Assembly: GCA_020026415.1 (NCBI GenBank)
Contig: JAHHQL010000004.1
Location: 22,959 to 86,958 of the forward strand
Reading direction: 5' to 3'
Length of the DNA stretch: 64,000 nucleotides
DNA from: Alistipes sp.
GTDB taxonomy: Bacteria > Bacteroidota > Bacteroidia > Bacteroidales > Rikenellaceae
Made by a program: the position numbers and the translations under genes. Every line of letters begins with the position of its first letter. Position 1 is the stretch's first letter. Shown piece by piece: positions 47,456 through 57,332 of the stretch. Below the pieces are notes generated by a model. The model was given only the letters and a program-made list of their open reading frames with translations. It had not been told where the DNA came from and made no database searches.

Positions 47456-47592
47456 AGTACTTAAATTTTAGTTAATGAATCAGTTAATCGGTTCGGTTCC
47501 ACGGGGAACCCGTATTTCGGGCTTTCGCCCGCAGTTTGTCCCTTCGGAGCGACCTCCCCGCAAGGGGAAGTCGCCCGGTCGGGGCAGAGAGA

Positions 47593-49545
47593 CTACTTCC
47601 GGGGAAGTTTGTTGTTCTCAAATTCGTCCTTGACGAGTTTGAGGATCATATCCTTGAACTCTTCGAGTTTCATCTGACCCTTGTCGCCCTCGCCTTGCGC
47701 ACGAACCGAGACCATGTTTTCGGCCTCCTCCTTCTCGCCGACGATCAGCAGGTAGGGGATGTGCTTCAACTCGTTGTCGCGGATCTTACGGCCGATCTTT
47801 TCGTTGCGGTCGTCGATCATCGTGCGGACATCATTGTCATTCAGGAACTTGACTACCTTTTCGGCGTAGTTGTTAAACTTCTCCGAGATGGGCAGTACAA
47901 CCACTTGGTCGGGGCTCAGCCACAACGGGAATTTGCCACCCGTGTGCTCCAACAGCACGGCCACGAAACGCTCCATCGAACCGAACGGTGCTCGGTGGAT
48001 CATGATCGGGCGGTGGAGTTTGTCGTCGGCACCCTTGTACGTCAGGTCGAAACGCTCCGGCAGGTTGTAGTCCACCTGAATGGTACCCAACTGCCATTTG
48101 CGACCGATGGCATCCTTGACCATAAAGTCGAGTTTCGGGCCGTAGAATGCGGCCTCGCCGGTCTCGACAACGGTGTTCAGACCCTTCTCGGCAGCGGCCT
48201 TCATGATGGCCGACTCGGCGCGTTCCCAGTTTTCGTCCGTACCGATGTACTTCTCCTTGTCGTTGGGGTCGCGCAACGAAACCTGTGCGGTGTAGTTGTC
48301 GAACTTCAGCGTCTTGAAGATGTACAGCACGATGTCGATTACACGCTCGAACTCTTCCAACAACTGGTCGGGGCGAACGAACAAGTGGGCGTCATCCTGC
48401 GTAAATCCGCGGACACGGGTCAATCCGTGCAATTCGCCCGACTGTTCGTAGCGGTAAACGGTACCGAACTCGGCAAAACGCAGAGGCAGATCCTTGTACG
48501 AACGGGGTTTTGAACGGTAGATTTCGCAGTGGTGCGGGCAGTTCATCGGTTTGAGCAGGTATTCCTCGCCCTCTTCGGGGGTGTGGATCGGCTGGAACGA
48601 ATCCTTGCCGTATTTTGCATAGTGACCCGAAGTCACATACAGAGCCTTGTTACCGATGTGCGGGGTGATGACCTGCTGGTAGCCGTACTCTTTCTGCACG
48701 CGGCGCAGGAACTGCTCCAGACGATCGCGCAGGGCGGCACCCTTCGGCAACCACAACGGCAGACCCTGACCCACGCGCTGCGAGAAGCAGAACAACTCCA
48801 ACTCCTTGCCCAGTTTGCGGTGGTCGCGTTTCTTGGCCTCCTCCATCATGACGAGGTACTCGTCGAGCATCGACTTCTTGGGGAAGGTGATACCGTAGAT
48901 ACGGGTCAGCATCTTGTTCTTCTCGTTGCCGCGCCAGTAGGCACCCGCAACCGAGGTCAGTTTGATGGCCTTGATGAATCCCGTGTTGGGAATGTGCGGG
49001 CCGCGGCACAGGTCGGTGAACTCGCCGTTGGTATAGAATGAGATGGTTCCGTCTTCGAGGTCGTTGATCAACTCGCACTTGTACGTCTCGCCCTTCTCCG
49101 AGAAATCCTTCATGGCCTCGGCCTTGGGTACGTCACGACGGATGAGCGGCTCCTTCTGGCGGGCCAACTCCAACATCTTCTTTTCGATCTTCGGAAGATC
49201 GGCCTCAACAATGGGTGTCGGTGAATCCACATCGTAGTAGAATCCGTTTTCGATGGCGGGACCGATACCGAACTTAATGCCCGGATAGAGCGATTGCAAT
49301 GCTTCGGCCAACAGGTGCGAAGAGGTGTGCCAGAACGCATGCTTGCCCTCCTCGTCATCCCATTTGTAGAACTTGATCGAGGCGTCCTCCCCGATCGGGC
49401 GCATCAGATCCTGAGTTGCGCCGTTTACCGAAGCCGCAAGTGAGTCGGCAGCTAAACGAGGGCTGATACTCTCTGCGATTTGGTAGGCTGTTGTCCCTTT
49501 GGCAAACTCTTTCTGCGTGCCATCGGGAAAAGTGATTTTAATCAT
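47593..49545 (-). CDS. thrS: threonine--tRNA ligase
   Basis: Start taken at ATG 49545 ([10 protein letters not shown]..., a TGS domain). Class II motifs including [11 protein letters not shown]. Confidence 0.96.
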   Translation of the reverse strand: MIKITFPDGTQKEFAKGTTAYQIAESISPRLAADSLAASVNGATQDLMRPIGEDASIKFYKWDDEEGKHAFWHTSSHLLAEALQSLYPGIKFGIGPAIENGFYYDVDSPTPIVEADLPKIEKKMLELARQKEPLIRRDVPKAEAMKDFSEKGETYKCELINDLEDGTISFYTNGEFTDLCRGPHIPNTGFIKAIKLTSVAGAYWRGNEKNKMLTRIYGITFPKKSMLDEYLVMMEEAKKRDHRKLGKELELFCFSQRVGQGLPLWLPKGAALRDRLEQFLRRVQKEYGYQQVITPHIGNKALYVTSGHYAKYGKDSFQPIHTPEEGEEYLLKPMNCPHHCEIYRSKPRSYKDLPLRFAEFGTVYRYEQSGELHGLTRVRGFTQDDAHLFVRPDQLLEEFERVIDIVLYIFKTLKFDNYTAQVSLRDPNDKEKYIGTDENWERAESAIMKAAAEKGLNTVVETGEAAFYGPKLDFMVKDAIGRKWQLGTIQVDYNLPERFDLTYKGADDKLHRPIMIHRAPFGSMERFVAVLLEHTGGKFPLWLSPDQVVVLPISEKFNNYAEKVVKFLNDNDVRTMIDDRNEKIGRKIRDNELKHIPYLLIVGEKEEAENMVSVRAQGEGDKGQMKLEEFKDMILKLVKDEFENNKLPRK

Positions 49546-49630
49546 TTTGTTTTTTATTAGGTGAAACCGCCTGAAATGCTTCCACAATTACGAGACGGAA
49601 TACATTCTCGGTCGGTAAAATTTCTTGGGT

Positions 49631-50722
49631 TTAGTCGCGGTCGCTCTGCGGAAGATCCTTGACGGACATGTCGCGGTGCGATCGTTCGCGTTCGGCATGA
49701 GGCAGGGGGTTGCGGTTCATTTCCGACCATGTCCTGCGGTGGCGGATGATGTCCAACGCGCCGAAAATGGCGTTGCGCATCGACTGCGGGTCGGCCTTGT
49801 CCTGTCCTGCAATGTCGAAAGCCGTGCCGTGATCGGGCGAGGTACGCACGCATTCCAGACCCGCCGTGAAATTCACGCCGTCGGGCGAAAGGCTCTTGAA
49901 GGGTGCCAGACCCTGATCGTGGTACATCGCTAAAATGCCGTCGTACTTGGTGTAGCCGCCTCCTGCAAACAGACCGTCGGCGGCAAAGGGGCCGAACGCC
50001 AGAATACCCTGATCGAAGGCCTCGACGATGGCGGGGCGGATGATTTCCTCCTCCTCCCTGCCCAGAAGACCACCGTCACCGGCGTGGGGGTTGAGTGCCA
50101 TCACGGCGATGCGCGGCTCGACAATGCCGAAATCCTCCTTGAGCGACTGACGCAGGGTGCGGAGATCCTGAACGATCTTCTCCTTGGAGATGTTCTGCGG
50201 AATTTCGGCTACGGGAATGTGCTTCGTCACCAAACCGATGCGCAGTATGTCGCTGTAAAGAATCATCATCGCCTTGCCCTCAAATTCGGCATCGAAGAAC
50301 TCGGTGTGACCCGTATAGCGGAAATCGTCGCTCTGGACGCTCTGCTTGGCGAACGGGGCGGTCACCACGGCATCGATGTAGCCTGCCTTGAGGTCTTTGG
50401 CGGCGGTGCGCAGTGCCTCGACGGCGGCATGACCCGCCTCCCCGGAGATCTCGCCGGGGGTGATGCGGCTCGTCTTGCCGCACGGTACGATGTTCACCTT
50501 GCCGCGGCGGGCGTCCTGTGCCGAGGAGATGATGTTGAAGGGAATATCCTCGATTTCCGAGATGGTTCCCCGATAGTAGTTGGCGGCTTCGGGAGATCCG
50601 TAGATGACGGGGATGAAAAACTCCGCCATACGGCTGTCCGAGAGGGATTTGAGAATCACCTCCCAGCCGATTCCGTTGGGATCGCCCTGCGTGATGCCTA
50701 TTTTGAATTTTGTTTCGGTCAT
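49631..50722 (-). CDS. pdxA: 4-hydroxythreonine-4-phosphate dehydrogenase
   Basis: Start taken at ATG 50722 (MTETKFKIGITQGDPNGIG...). Typical PdxA sequence (NPHAGDGG, HGTAFDIAG). Confidence 0.92.
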   Translation of the reverse strand: MTETKFKIGITQGDPNGIGWEVILKSLSDSRMAEFFIPVIYGSPEAANYYRGTISEIEDIPFNIISSAQDARRGKVNIVPCGKTSRITPGEISGEAGHAAVEALRTAAKDLKAGYIDAVVTAPFAKQSVQSDDFRYTGHTEFFDAEFEGKAMMILYSDILRIGLVTKHIPVAEIPQNISKEKIVQDLRTLRQSLKEDFGIVEPRIAVMALNPHAGDGGLLGREEEEIIRPAIVEAFDQGILAFGPFAADGLFAGGGYTKYDGILAMYHDQGLAPFKSLSPDGVNFTAGLECVRTSPDHGTAFDIAGQDKADPQSMRNAIFGALDIIRHRRTWSEMNRNPLPHAERERSHRDMSVKDLPQSDRD

Positions 50723-50811
50723 ATCTTTATGCGGGATTTTCTTCGGCCTTCCCAAGAGGCATCCTCTCCGGCGGACTTAAACCGCGGCGAGTGAATAGCA
50801 TATACAATTTA

Positions 50812-50819
50812 CAAAGATA
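50812..50819 (-). promoter_or_regulatory. -7 box TATCTTTG upstream of pdxA
   Basis: Exact TAnnTTTG on the reverse strand, 89 nt from ATG 50722. Confidence 0.5.
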
Positions 50820-50859
50820 CAACTTATATCCGAATATCAAAATGCTGTGCGATATTTTT

Positions 50860-50983
50860 CGGTGGGTCAGGCCGTTCGGGGGTATGGCGGGTGTGTCCCG
50901 CGACTTTTGGGAAGGCGGGATGCGGCTCGGATGAAACGGGGGTTCGGTTCGGGGCGGTTTGCGGCTCGGACGGAGGCGGAAAA
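50860..50983 (-). repeat. spacer that is C-rich and G-poor on the transcribed (-) strand, with an 11-nt exact repeat at 39-nt period
   Basis: TGCGGCTCGGA occurs at 50921-50931 and 50960-50970. It shares TCGGACGGAG (50966-50975) with 27261-27270. Confidence 0.65.
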
Positions 50984-51724
50984 TTACAGCAGGCGGCGGC
51001 GAAATTCGGCGCAGACGATGCCCGTGGCCATCGCCACGTTCAGCGATTCGGTCGTGCGGCAATCTTCGGGATAGTTCGGGATGAGGATCTTGCGGCTGAC
51101 CGAAAGGGCGGTGTCGGGCGAGATGCCGCGACCTTCGTTACCCATGACGATAATGCCCTCCCCGGAGAGTTCCGTGTGGTAGATATTTTCCCCTTCGAGG
51201 AAGGTGCCGTAGATGGGAATCTCCATCTTCGAGGCTTTTGCAAGGGTCTCTGCCAAAGGAAGATAGTGGATTTCGACACGCAGAATTGCACCCATCGTTG
51301 CCTGCACGACTTTCGGGTTGAAGCAGTCGGCGGTCGAGGGCGAAGCGAGGATGTGGTGGATGCCGAACCAGTCGGCAACACGCATGATCGTACCCAAGTT
51401 GCCCGGGTTCTGCACATCGTCCAGCGCGATCATCAGTTCCCCGCGGTGATCCTCCATACGAAACGCGCGGTGCGGGATTTCGACCAGTGCCAGCGAATTT
51501 GAGGGGGTTTTCAACAGCGACAGACGCTCCATGTCCTTGCGCGTGACGGTCTCCACCTCCCGACCCTCAAAAACGCCCTCCAAAGCGAAGATTTTACGGA
51601 TGCGGAGCTGCGAAGAGCGGATCTCGCCGATGAGTTTCTCGCCCTCGGCGACAAAAAGACCCTCCTCCGTGCGTGCGCGTTTGTCGTTGAGCGAGCGCAC
51701 CAACTGAATTTCTGCTTTTGTCAT
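50984..51724 (-). CDS. TrmH/SpoU-family RNA 2'-O-methyltransferase
   Basis: 246 aa with SpoU motifs (DDVQNPGNLGTIMR, IVMGNEGRGIS, SLNVAMA). Its ATG overlaps the rnz stop (ATGA). Confidence 0.88.
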   Translation of the reverse strand: MTKAEIQLVRSLNDKRARTEEGLFVAEGEKLIGEIRSSQLRIRKIFALEGVFEGREVETVTRKDMERLSLLKTPSNSLALVEIPHRAFRMEDHRGELMIALDDVQNPGNLGTIMRVADWFGIHHILASPSTADCFNPKVVQATMGAILRVEIHYLPLAETLAKASKMEIPIYGTFLEGENIYHTELSGEGIIVMGNEGRGISPDTALSVSRKILIPNYPEDCRTTESLNVAMATGIVCAEFRRRLL

Positions 51725-52644
51725 TTCTGCTTTTCGATTTCAAAGGTTTTTCCCTCAACGGCGGCGTAGGTTTCCGCAAATACGGTCTGTGCCTCCCGAA
51801 CGAGTACCTCCTCGTCCTTGTAACGCGACGAATAGTGACCGATGATGAGGCGTTTGGCTCCTGCTTTCAGAGCGGCTTTGGCGGCGTCGAGGGTGGTGGC
51901 GTGACCGCGGTCGCGGGCATTGCGCTGCTCGTCGGCGGCATAGGTTGCCTCGTGGTACATCAGATCGACCCCCGTGCAGAGCGTGGCGGCCTTGGCCGAG
52001 AAATTCGTATCCGAAAGATAGGCATACGAACGCGCCTTGTAGGGAATGTAGGTGATTGCTTCGTTGGGGATTATGCGTCCGTCGTCGAGCGTAAGATCCT
52101 CCCCGCGTTTGGCGGCGGTGATTTGGGCGATCGACAGTCCCAATTCCGAGATCTTCTCCTTATCGACATTCAGCGGCGGCTGTTTTTCTCGAAACAGGAA
52201 TCCCGCACACGGCACACGGTGGCGCAAAGGAATGCTCCACACCTCCAAGGTGCGGTTTTCGAAGAGCAATTCGTGACGCGTGGTGTGTGTTTCGTGCCAG
52301 ACGACTTCGTAGGGCAGATCCTTGTCGAAGAATTTCAGATGGCTCTCCAGAATCTCGCCGAACGGAGCGGGTGCATAGACATCGAGCGGGGTTTTGCGGC
52401 CGCCCAACCCCAAGGTGGAGATCAGGGGAAACAATCCGAAGACATGATCGCCGTGGAGGTGTGAGATGAATATGCCCCTGAGTTTGAGCGGATTGATCCC
52501 CGCACGCACCATCTGCTGCTGGGTGCCTTCGCCGGCATCCACCAGATAGTATTGTTCTTCGAGGTTCACGATTTGTGCCGAAGGATGGCGGTTGGCGGTC
52601 GGACGTGCCGACGCAGAACCGAGTATGGTGACGGAGAAACTCAA
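51721..52644 (-). CDS. rnz: ribonuclease Z
   Basis: 307 aa, metallo-beta-lactamase motif HLHGDH, typical RNase Z N-terminus. Confidence 0.93.
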   Translation of the reverse strand: MSFSVTILGSASARPTANRHPSAQIVNLEEQYYLVDAGEGTQQQMVRAGINPLKLRGIFISHLHGDHVFGLFPLISTLGLGGRKTPLDVYAPAPFGEILESHLKFFDKDLPYEVVWHETHTTRHELLFENRTLEVWSIPLRHRVPCAGFLFREKQPPLNVDKEKISELGLSIAQITAAKRGEDLTLDDGRIIPNEAITYIPYKARSYAYLSDTNFSAKAATLCTGVDLMYHEATYAADEQRNARDRGHATTLDAAKAALKAGAKRLIIGHYSSRYKDEEVLVREAQTVFAETYAAVEGKTFEIEKQK

Positions 52645-52665
52645 AACGGGACGAATTTTTAAAGA

Positions 52666-52711
52666 TTAAAAAAATCCCGCTTCCCGTGCCCTGCAAGGCA
52701 TTGGGAAGCGA
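52666..52711 (-). terminator. intrinsic terminator after trxB
   Basis: Reverse strand: CGCTTCCC...GGGAAGCG stem followed by T7. Confidence 0.8.
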
Positions 52712-52730
52712 GATGGTTTTCGGGAACAGA

Positions 52731-53654
52731 TTAACGGTGCAGGAAACGCTCGCAATCCAGAGCGGCGATGCAGCCCGAACCTGCGGCGGTGATGGCCTGA
52801 CGGTAGTGGGGATCCTTCACGTCGCCGGCGGCGAATACGCCCTCGACGCTCGTTCTCGACGAACCGCCCTCTACAACGATGTAACCCTCCTTGTCGAGTT
52901 CCAGCTGACCCTCGAATACCTCCACGTTGGGGTGGTGTCCGATGGCGAGGAAGAAGCCCGAAATCTCGATCGTGCGCTCCGTGCCGTCGGTCTTGCGCAA
53001 CAGGGCACCCGTCACGCCGTGCAGGTCGTCGCCCAGCACCTCGACGGTGTTGTGCTCGAACAGCACTTCGATGTTCTCGGTGTTGAACACACGCTCCTGC
53101 ATGGCTTTCGAAGCACGCAGGAACGGCTTGCGGACGATCAGATAAACCTTGCGGCACAGCGATGCGAGGTAGGTGGCCTCCTCACAAGCCGTGTCACCGC
53201 CACCGACTACGGCGACATCCTTCTTGCGATAGAAGAAACCGTCGCACGTAGCGCAGGCACTTACGCCCTGACCGCGGAATTTGGCCTCCGAGGGAAGACC
53301 CAGATATTTTGCCGAAGCACCCGTAGCCACGATCAGCGATTCGGCTTCGATCTCGTGTTCGCCGTCCACGACAACGTGGAAGGGACGCTTCGAAAGGTCG
53401 ATTTTGGTGATGATGCCCTTACGCATGTCGGCACCGAAACGTGCGGCCTGCTTGCGGATGTCTTCCATCATCTCCGGGCCGCTGATGCCCTGAGGATAAC
53501 CCGGAAAGTTCTCCACTTCGGTGGTGGTCGTCAGCTGACCGCCCGGTTCGATACCCGAATAGAGTACGGGATTGAGGTTTGCGCGCGAGGTGTAGATGGC
53601 GGCAGTGTATCCTGCCGGGCCGCTACCCATGATCAATACTTTTACATGTTCCAT
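52731..53654 (-). CDS. trxB: thioredoxin-disulfide reductase
   Basis: FAD motif GSGPAGYTAA, redox-active CATC, NADPH motif VVGGGDTA. Confidence 0.96.
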   Translation of the reverse strand: MEHVKVLIMGSGPAGYTAAIYTSRANLNPVLYSGIEPGGQLTTTTEVENFPGYPQGISGPEMMEDIRKQAARFGADMRKGIITKIDLSKRPFHVVVDGEHEIEAESLIVATGASAKYLGLPSEAKFRGQGVSACATCDGFFYRKKDVAVVGGGDTACEEATYLASLCRKVYLIVRKPFLRASKAMQERVFNTENIEVLFEHNTVEVLGDDLHGVTGALLRKTDGTERTIEISGFFLAIGHHPNVEVFEGQLELDKEGYIVVEGGSSRTSVEGVFAAGDVKDPHYRQAITAAGSGCIAALDCERFLHR

Positions 53655-53686
53655 TTTTAAATTGTTTTTGGTTGATATATGATAAT

Positions 53687-54655
53687 TTATTCGTTTAGGG
53701 TTTTCTGTCCTCGCGGGGCGAACTCCGTGAGAGGTTGTCCCGTGTAGTCAAATTCCGCCCACAGGTCACCGCGACGCACCTCGAAAATACTCTCTTCGGG
53801 GTGGTAGTCCACAATGTCGTACATCATCGGCAGGATGCAGCGGCCTTCGCGGTCGATGACACCCATGCCCGTCGTGCGTTCGACGACGGCGCGTCCCTCC
53901 GCAAAATCATCCGCCCAGAGGTATTGTGACGGGATGACGGGTTGGTTCCTGTCGTCCACATAGCCGTAACCCTCCTTGTCGCGGACGCAGGTCAGTCCTT
54001 CGAACGTATGGCCGACCCAGAGGTGTCCCTTCAGATCGGGTGCGGGGTTGTACGGTGCATCGAAATCCGACACAAAGTCGCCGCCCAACTCGTCCAAGCG
54101 TGCCCGCAGCAGGTCGAATCCCTTCCGATCGCCACTCGGATCGCCGCCGATCACGGCATCCTGATAGCGGATCGGGATGAAGCGGTGTCCGTCCCAACGG
54201 ATGTTCGAGGGTTTGAGGTTGCGGTGGACAAATCCCGCCCGTTGCAACTCCTCCTGAAGCGTGTCGAGAGCCTTTTGCAGTTCGGCTTTCAAGGCATGCG
54301 TTGCCGCCTCCTCGAAACTGCATCCGGGGCAGGGCTGGAGGATCAGGTCTTGGCGGTTGCCCTCCTCGTCCGTGAGTTCTCCGCGCAGGATGCGTACCGA
54401 TGTCAAGGAGGGGCATTTGAGGCGGTCGAGTGCCGAGAGCGTATGTTCCGCGTGGAACATTCCTTCGCGCGAAAGCGGCATGGCGAGCAGATACCGTTCG
54501 CCACGGTAATGCACCACGGCATCGACAAATTCCGTCGTGCGGTGCAGGGCGGGAAGCCCCGTGTCGGTCACTTCGACCGTGATCCCGTGCAGGCGGCGGA
54601 GCCACAGGTCGGGCGCGGTGAGTGCGCGGGTGAAGGAGTGAACGGATACGGCCAT
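53687..54655 (-). CDS. predicted pseudokinase with C-terminal WG-type repeats
   Basis: 322 aa. The kinase-like catalytic loop reads HRNLKPSN (Asp replaced by Asn) and I see no DFG. C-terminal WG-repeat-like units (GYGYVDDRNQPVIP, GMGVIDREGRCILP). Paralogous architecture to 57353-58507. Confidence 0.7.
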   Translation of the reverse strand: MAVSVHSFTRALTAPDLWLRRLHGITVEVTDTGLPALHRTTEFVDAVVHYRGERYLLAMPLSREGMFHAEHTLSALDRLKCPSLTSVRILRGELTDEEGNRQDLILQPCPGCSFEEAATHALKAELQKALDTLQEELQRAGFVHRNLKPSNIRWDGHRFIPIRYQDAVIGGDPSGDRKGFDLLRARLDELGGDFVSDFDAPYNPAPDLKGHLWVGHTFEGLTCVRDKEGYGYVDDRNQPVIPSQYLWADDFAEGRAVVERTTGMGVIDREGRCILPMMYDIVDYHPEESIFEVRRGDLWAEFDYTGQPLTEFAPRGQKTLNE

Positions 54656-54656
54656 C

Positions 54657-55517
54657 TTATTCGCGTTTTACACTGATTGAACCTATGTTGAGCATCGTCA
54701 CCAACTGGGCGGCGGATGCGTTGTAACTCATTCCGCGGAACGGCGGCATGGCACCGATTCCCTTGGCTTCGCGGATCGCTTCGTCGAACGACGCGGGCAT
54801 CGTACTCGAACAGGCGTAGAGGATCGAGGCGTAATGTTCGGGGTAGCGCGTTTCGTCCTCCGTGGGGAAGAACAGACGCTCGGAATCCTCGCGGCTGCCG
54901 AGGTGGATGTTGATCAGAAGCACGTTTCCGTCACGTGTGCCGAGGCGTTTGATCTGGTTGGAGACGGCCTCCAACTCCTCGTCGCGGGCATCGGTCGCCT
55001 CGCCGTCGGTGATGTTGAACACCACGGGCGGGAAACTGTCGGCATGAGCCTCCGACATACACCACGAGCGCAGGAAATCGCGTGCCGTGCGCAGTGCCTC
55101 GCACATGGGCGTTTTGCCCTGTGCCTCGGCATGAATCCACACGGGAGTGGGGATCTCGCGCAGGGCAATCTCCCCGTCGGGCAGATGTTGTTCGAAGACC
55201 TCGCGGCGGATTTCGGGTTTGAGATGCGAAAGTTCGCACACCGACATCGACTCGCGCTCGTCGGGCAGGAGCGAACGCACCTCGTCATCGCCCGAATAAC
55301 TCCAGACGGCGATGTCGTAGTAGTCGCGTACCCCGTCGTCACGGCGTGCCCGTTCGATCAACTCGAACAGCAGGTCGTTCGTAATCGAAGCCACGGCTTC
55401 GGCCTTGGTGGTTTCCTTGCCCCGGTAGCGGGTTTTCTCGGCCATCGAACCCGAACCGTCGATCAGAATCAGAAAGGCGGTGCGGTGTTGGCGGGTGATG
55501 CTTTGGGTGTGTGACAT
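54657..55517 (-). CDS. soluble von Willebrand factor A (vWA) domain protein, TerY-like
   Basis: 286 aa with MIDAS motifs LIDGSGSM and NITDGEATD. No TM segment or signal peptide seen. Confidence 0.8.
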   Translation of the reverse strand: MSHTQSITRQHRTAFLILIDGSGSMAEKTRYRGKETTKAEAVASITNDLLFELIERARRDDGVRDYYDIAVWSYSGDDEVRSLLPDERESMSVCELSHLKPEIRREVFEQHLPDGEIALREIPTPVWIHAEAQGKTPMCEALRTARDFLRSWCMSEAHADSFPPVVFNITDGEATDARDEELEAVSNQIKRLGTRDGNVLLINIHLGSREDSERLFFPTEDETRYPEHYASILYACSSTMPASFDEAIREAKGIGAMPPFRGMSYNASAAQLVTMLNIGSISVKRE

Positions 55518-55535
55518 GACTTTGGCGTAAAAGGT

Positions 55536-57302
55536 TTAACTCTTCAGACCGCGTACCGTACAGTAGTCGCGGCGTATTTCTTCTTCGTCGTCGGTGTCGA
55601 TACCGTAACCGACGGCCATGTCCATCGAACAATCGCGGCGGCAGTCCTGATCGGTCATGCGGCGCAGGGCGGCGTGTGCATTCTCTCCTGCCGTAACGGC
55701 TTCGGCGATCTCTTCGGCCGAAGGGATGTGTCCCAGAAGGCCTGCATAGACCCCCTCTGCCCACGAACGCGCATAGTCGGCGTAGTGGACATGAAACACG
55801 CGCAGGCGGTTGTCGATGTCGGCGAAGGTCTTCAAGTGACCCTCTTCGACGGCATCGGCGACAGCCTCGGCTTCGCGTTTGGTGATGTATTGACCGCCCA
55901 GATCGATCCACGATCCCGATCCGTCGTATCGTTGTTGCGGAATCCCCTCCCGGAGCATTGCTCCGAGCGAGGCCACAATGGCTTTGTTGTAGAGCATGAT
56001 GCCGCGTTGCAGTCCGGAGGGGCGGATCGTCACTTTGTTATAGACATACGTGGCGGCATCGGGATCTTCCTCCCGCAGGCATTGCAGGGTGTCCACGGCA
56101 CGGAGCATCCCTTCGGTGATGTAGGGGTTGTACTCCTCGAAGTTGATCACGTCGCGGAATACCGTGCGGTGGTCGCGGCGCGGCCATTTCTCCACATCGC
56201 GCACCGCTCCGTAACTGGCAAGGTTCGCACCCGGCATCAGCACCGATTTACCCTCCCGCTCGACGAGATACGAGTAGGGGAAGATGCGCGTGTCGTGGTG
56301 GAAGGAGTGATGCCCCATGATCATCGTGAACGCACCTTCACGGGCAGGCGACATCACATAGGCACTGCTGGCGAACTTGCAACCGCGCAGATGGATCGCC
56401 TGATGGACGGCACCGCTCTTGAACAGGTGGTTGCTCTGGTTCGATCCGCTCCCCGCATTGAAAAACGAGAAATAACCCGCAATTAGAAGGGATGATTTGT
56501 GGTGGGTGACGGTGTAGGGGCCTGCGAAAATCGAGGCGGCCTCGCCGTTCTCGCAATGGCTGTTGGCAAAGAACAGCGAATCGGAGGCGGTGAAGTTCTT
56601 GTCCATGACCGATCCCTCGCCCACAAAACAGCGTTCGAGGATCACACCGTTGTCGATGCGTGTCCCTTCGGCGAGGATGAAGTCGTAGGCCTTGACATCC
56701 ATGCCGACAAACGCCCCGTCGAGGATCGTTCCGTTCTGGAGGACGGTTGCGCCGTCGATCCGAACGCCCTTGCCGATGCGTACCTCGCGGACGAAGCGGA
56801 CACCGTTCAAAACCGAATCGTCACCGATTTCGCCCAGCGTATCACGGCGCGAGGCGGCATATTGGCGGGTCATCTCGTCGAGGCGGGCGACAAGTCGCGG
56901 GCGGTGGCGGTAGAAGGCACTCATGTAGGCGGTCTGTGCCGTCATCCGATCGTGGATGAGGGTCGTGCGTCCGCCGCATTCGTTTACCGCCGCCACGGGG
57001 GTGGCATTGCCGAACGCCGATTCCTCGCGGCACTCCAACGCCGTGACGTTGTTGAGCCTTACGTTGCGACCGAGACGGTAGTTTCTGACCTGCGCGTTGA
57101 GGATCCGAACCCCCGACGCGATCTCGACACGACCTCCCAGACAGCAGTTGTGCAGTTGGTCGGGCGTGAAATCCTCCGCCACAAGCACCTCCTCCCACCT
57201 TTCGGCGGAAGTGTGGTTTGCCTTCAGCAGTTCGATCTCCATGTCGGTCAGATGTCTCAAAGTTGTTTCTTTTTTGAAGATTGAATTTCCCGTTTTGAAC
57301 AC
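55536..57302 (-). CDS. DUF4954-like left-handed beta-helix (hexapeptide-repeat) protein
   Basis: Long runs of hexapeptide-like repeats (GRVEIASGVRILNAQVRNYRLGRNVRLNNV, VRIGKGVRIDGATVLQNGTILDGAFVG). Start is ambiguous: GTG 57302, TTG 57260 or ATG 57242. The track start at 57500 overlaps the upstream gene and a promoter box. Confidence 0.7.
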   Translation of the reverse strand: MFKTGNSIFKKETTLRHLTDMEIELLKANHTSAERWEEVLVAEDFTPDQLHNCCLGGRVEIASGVRILNAQVRNYRLGRNVRLNNVTALECREESAFGNATPVAAVNECGGRTTLIHDRMTAQTAYMSAFYRHRPRLVARLDEMTRQYAASRRDTLGEIGDDSVLNGVRFVREVRIGKGVRIDGATVLQNGTILDGAFVGMDVKAYDFILAEGTRIDNGVILERCFVGEGSVMDKNFTASDSLFFANSHCENGEAASIFAGPYTVTHHKSSLLIAGYFSFFNAGSGSNQSNHLFKSGAVHQAIHLRGCKFASSAYVMSPAREGAFTMIMGHHSFHHDTRIFPYSYLVEREGKSVLMPGANLASYGAVRDVEKWPRRDHRTVFRDVINFEEYNPYITEGMLRAVDTLQCLREEDPDAATYVYNKVTIRPSGLQRGIMLYNKAIVASLGAMLREGIPQQRYDGSGSWIDLGGQYITKREAEAVADAVEEGHLKTFADIDNRLRVFHVHYADYARSWAEGVYAGLLGHIPSAEEIAEAVTAGENAHAALRRMTDQDCRRDCSMDMAVGYGIDTDDEEEIRRDYCTVRGLKS

Positions 57303-57332
57303 GAAGTGTTCCTTGCGTGTGGGATTAACGGA

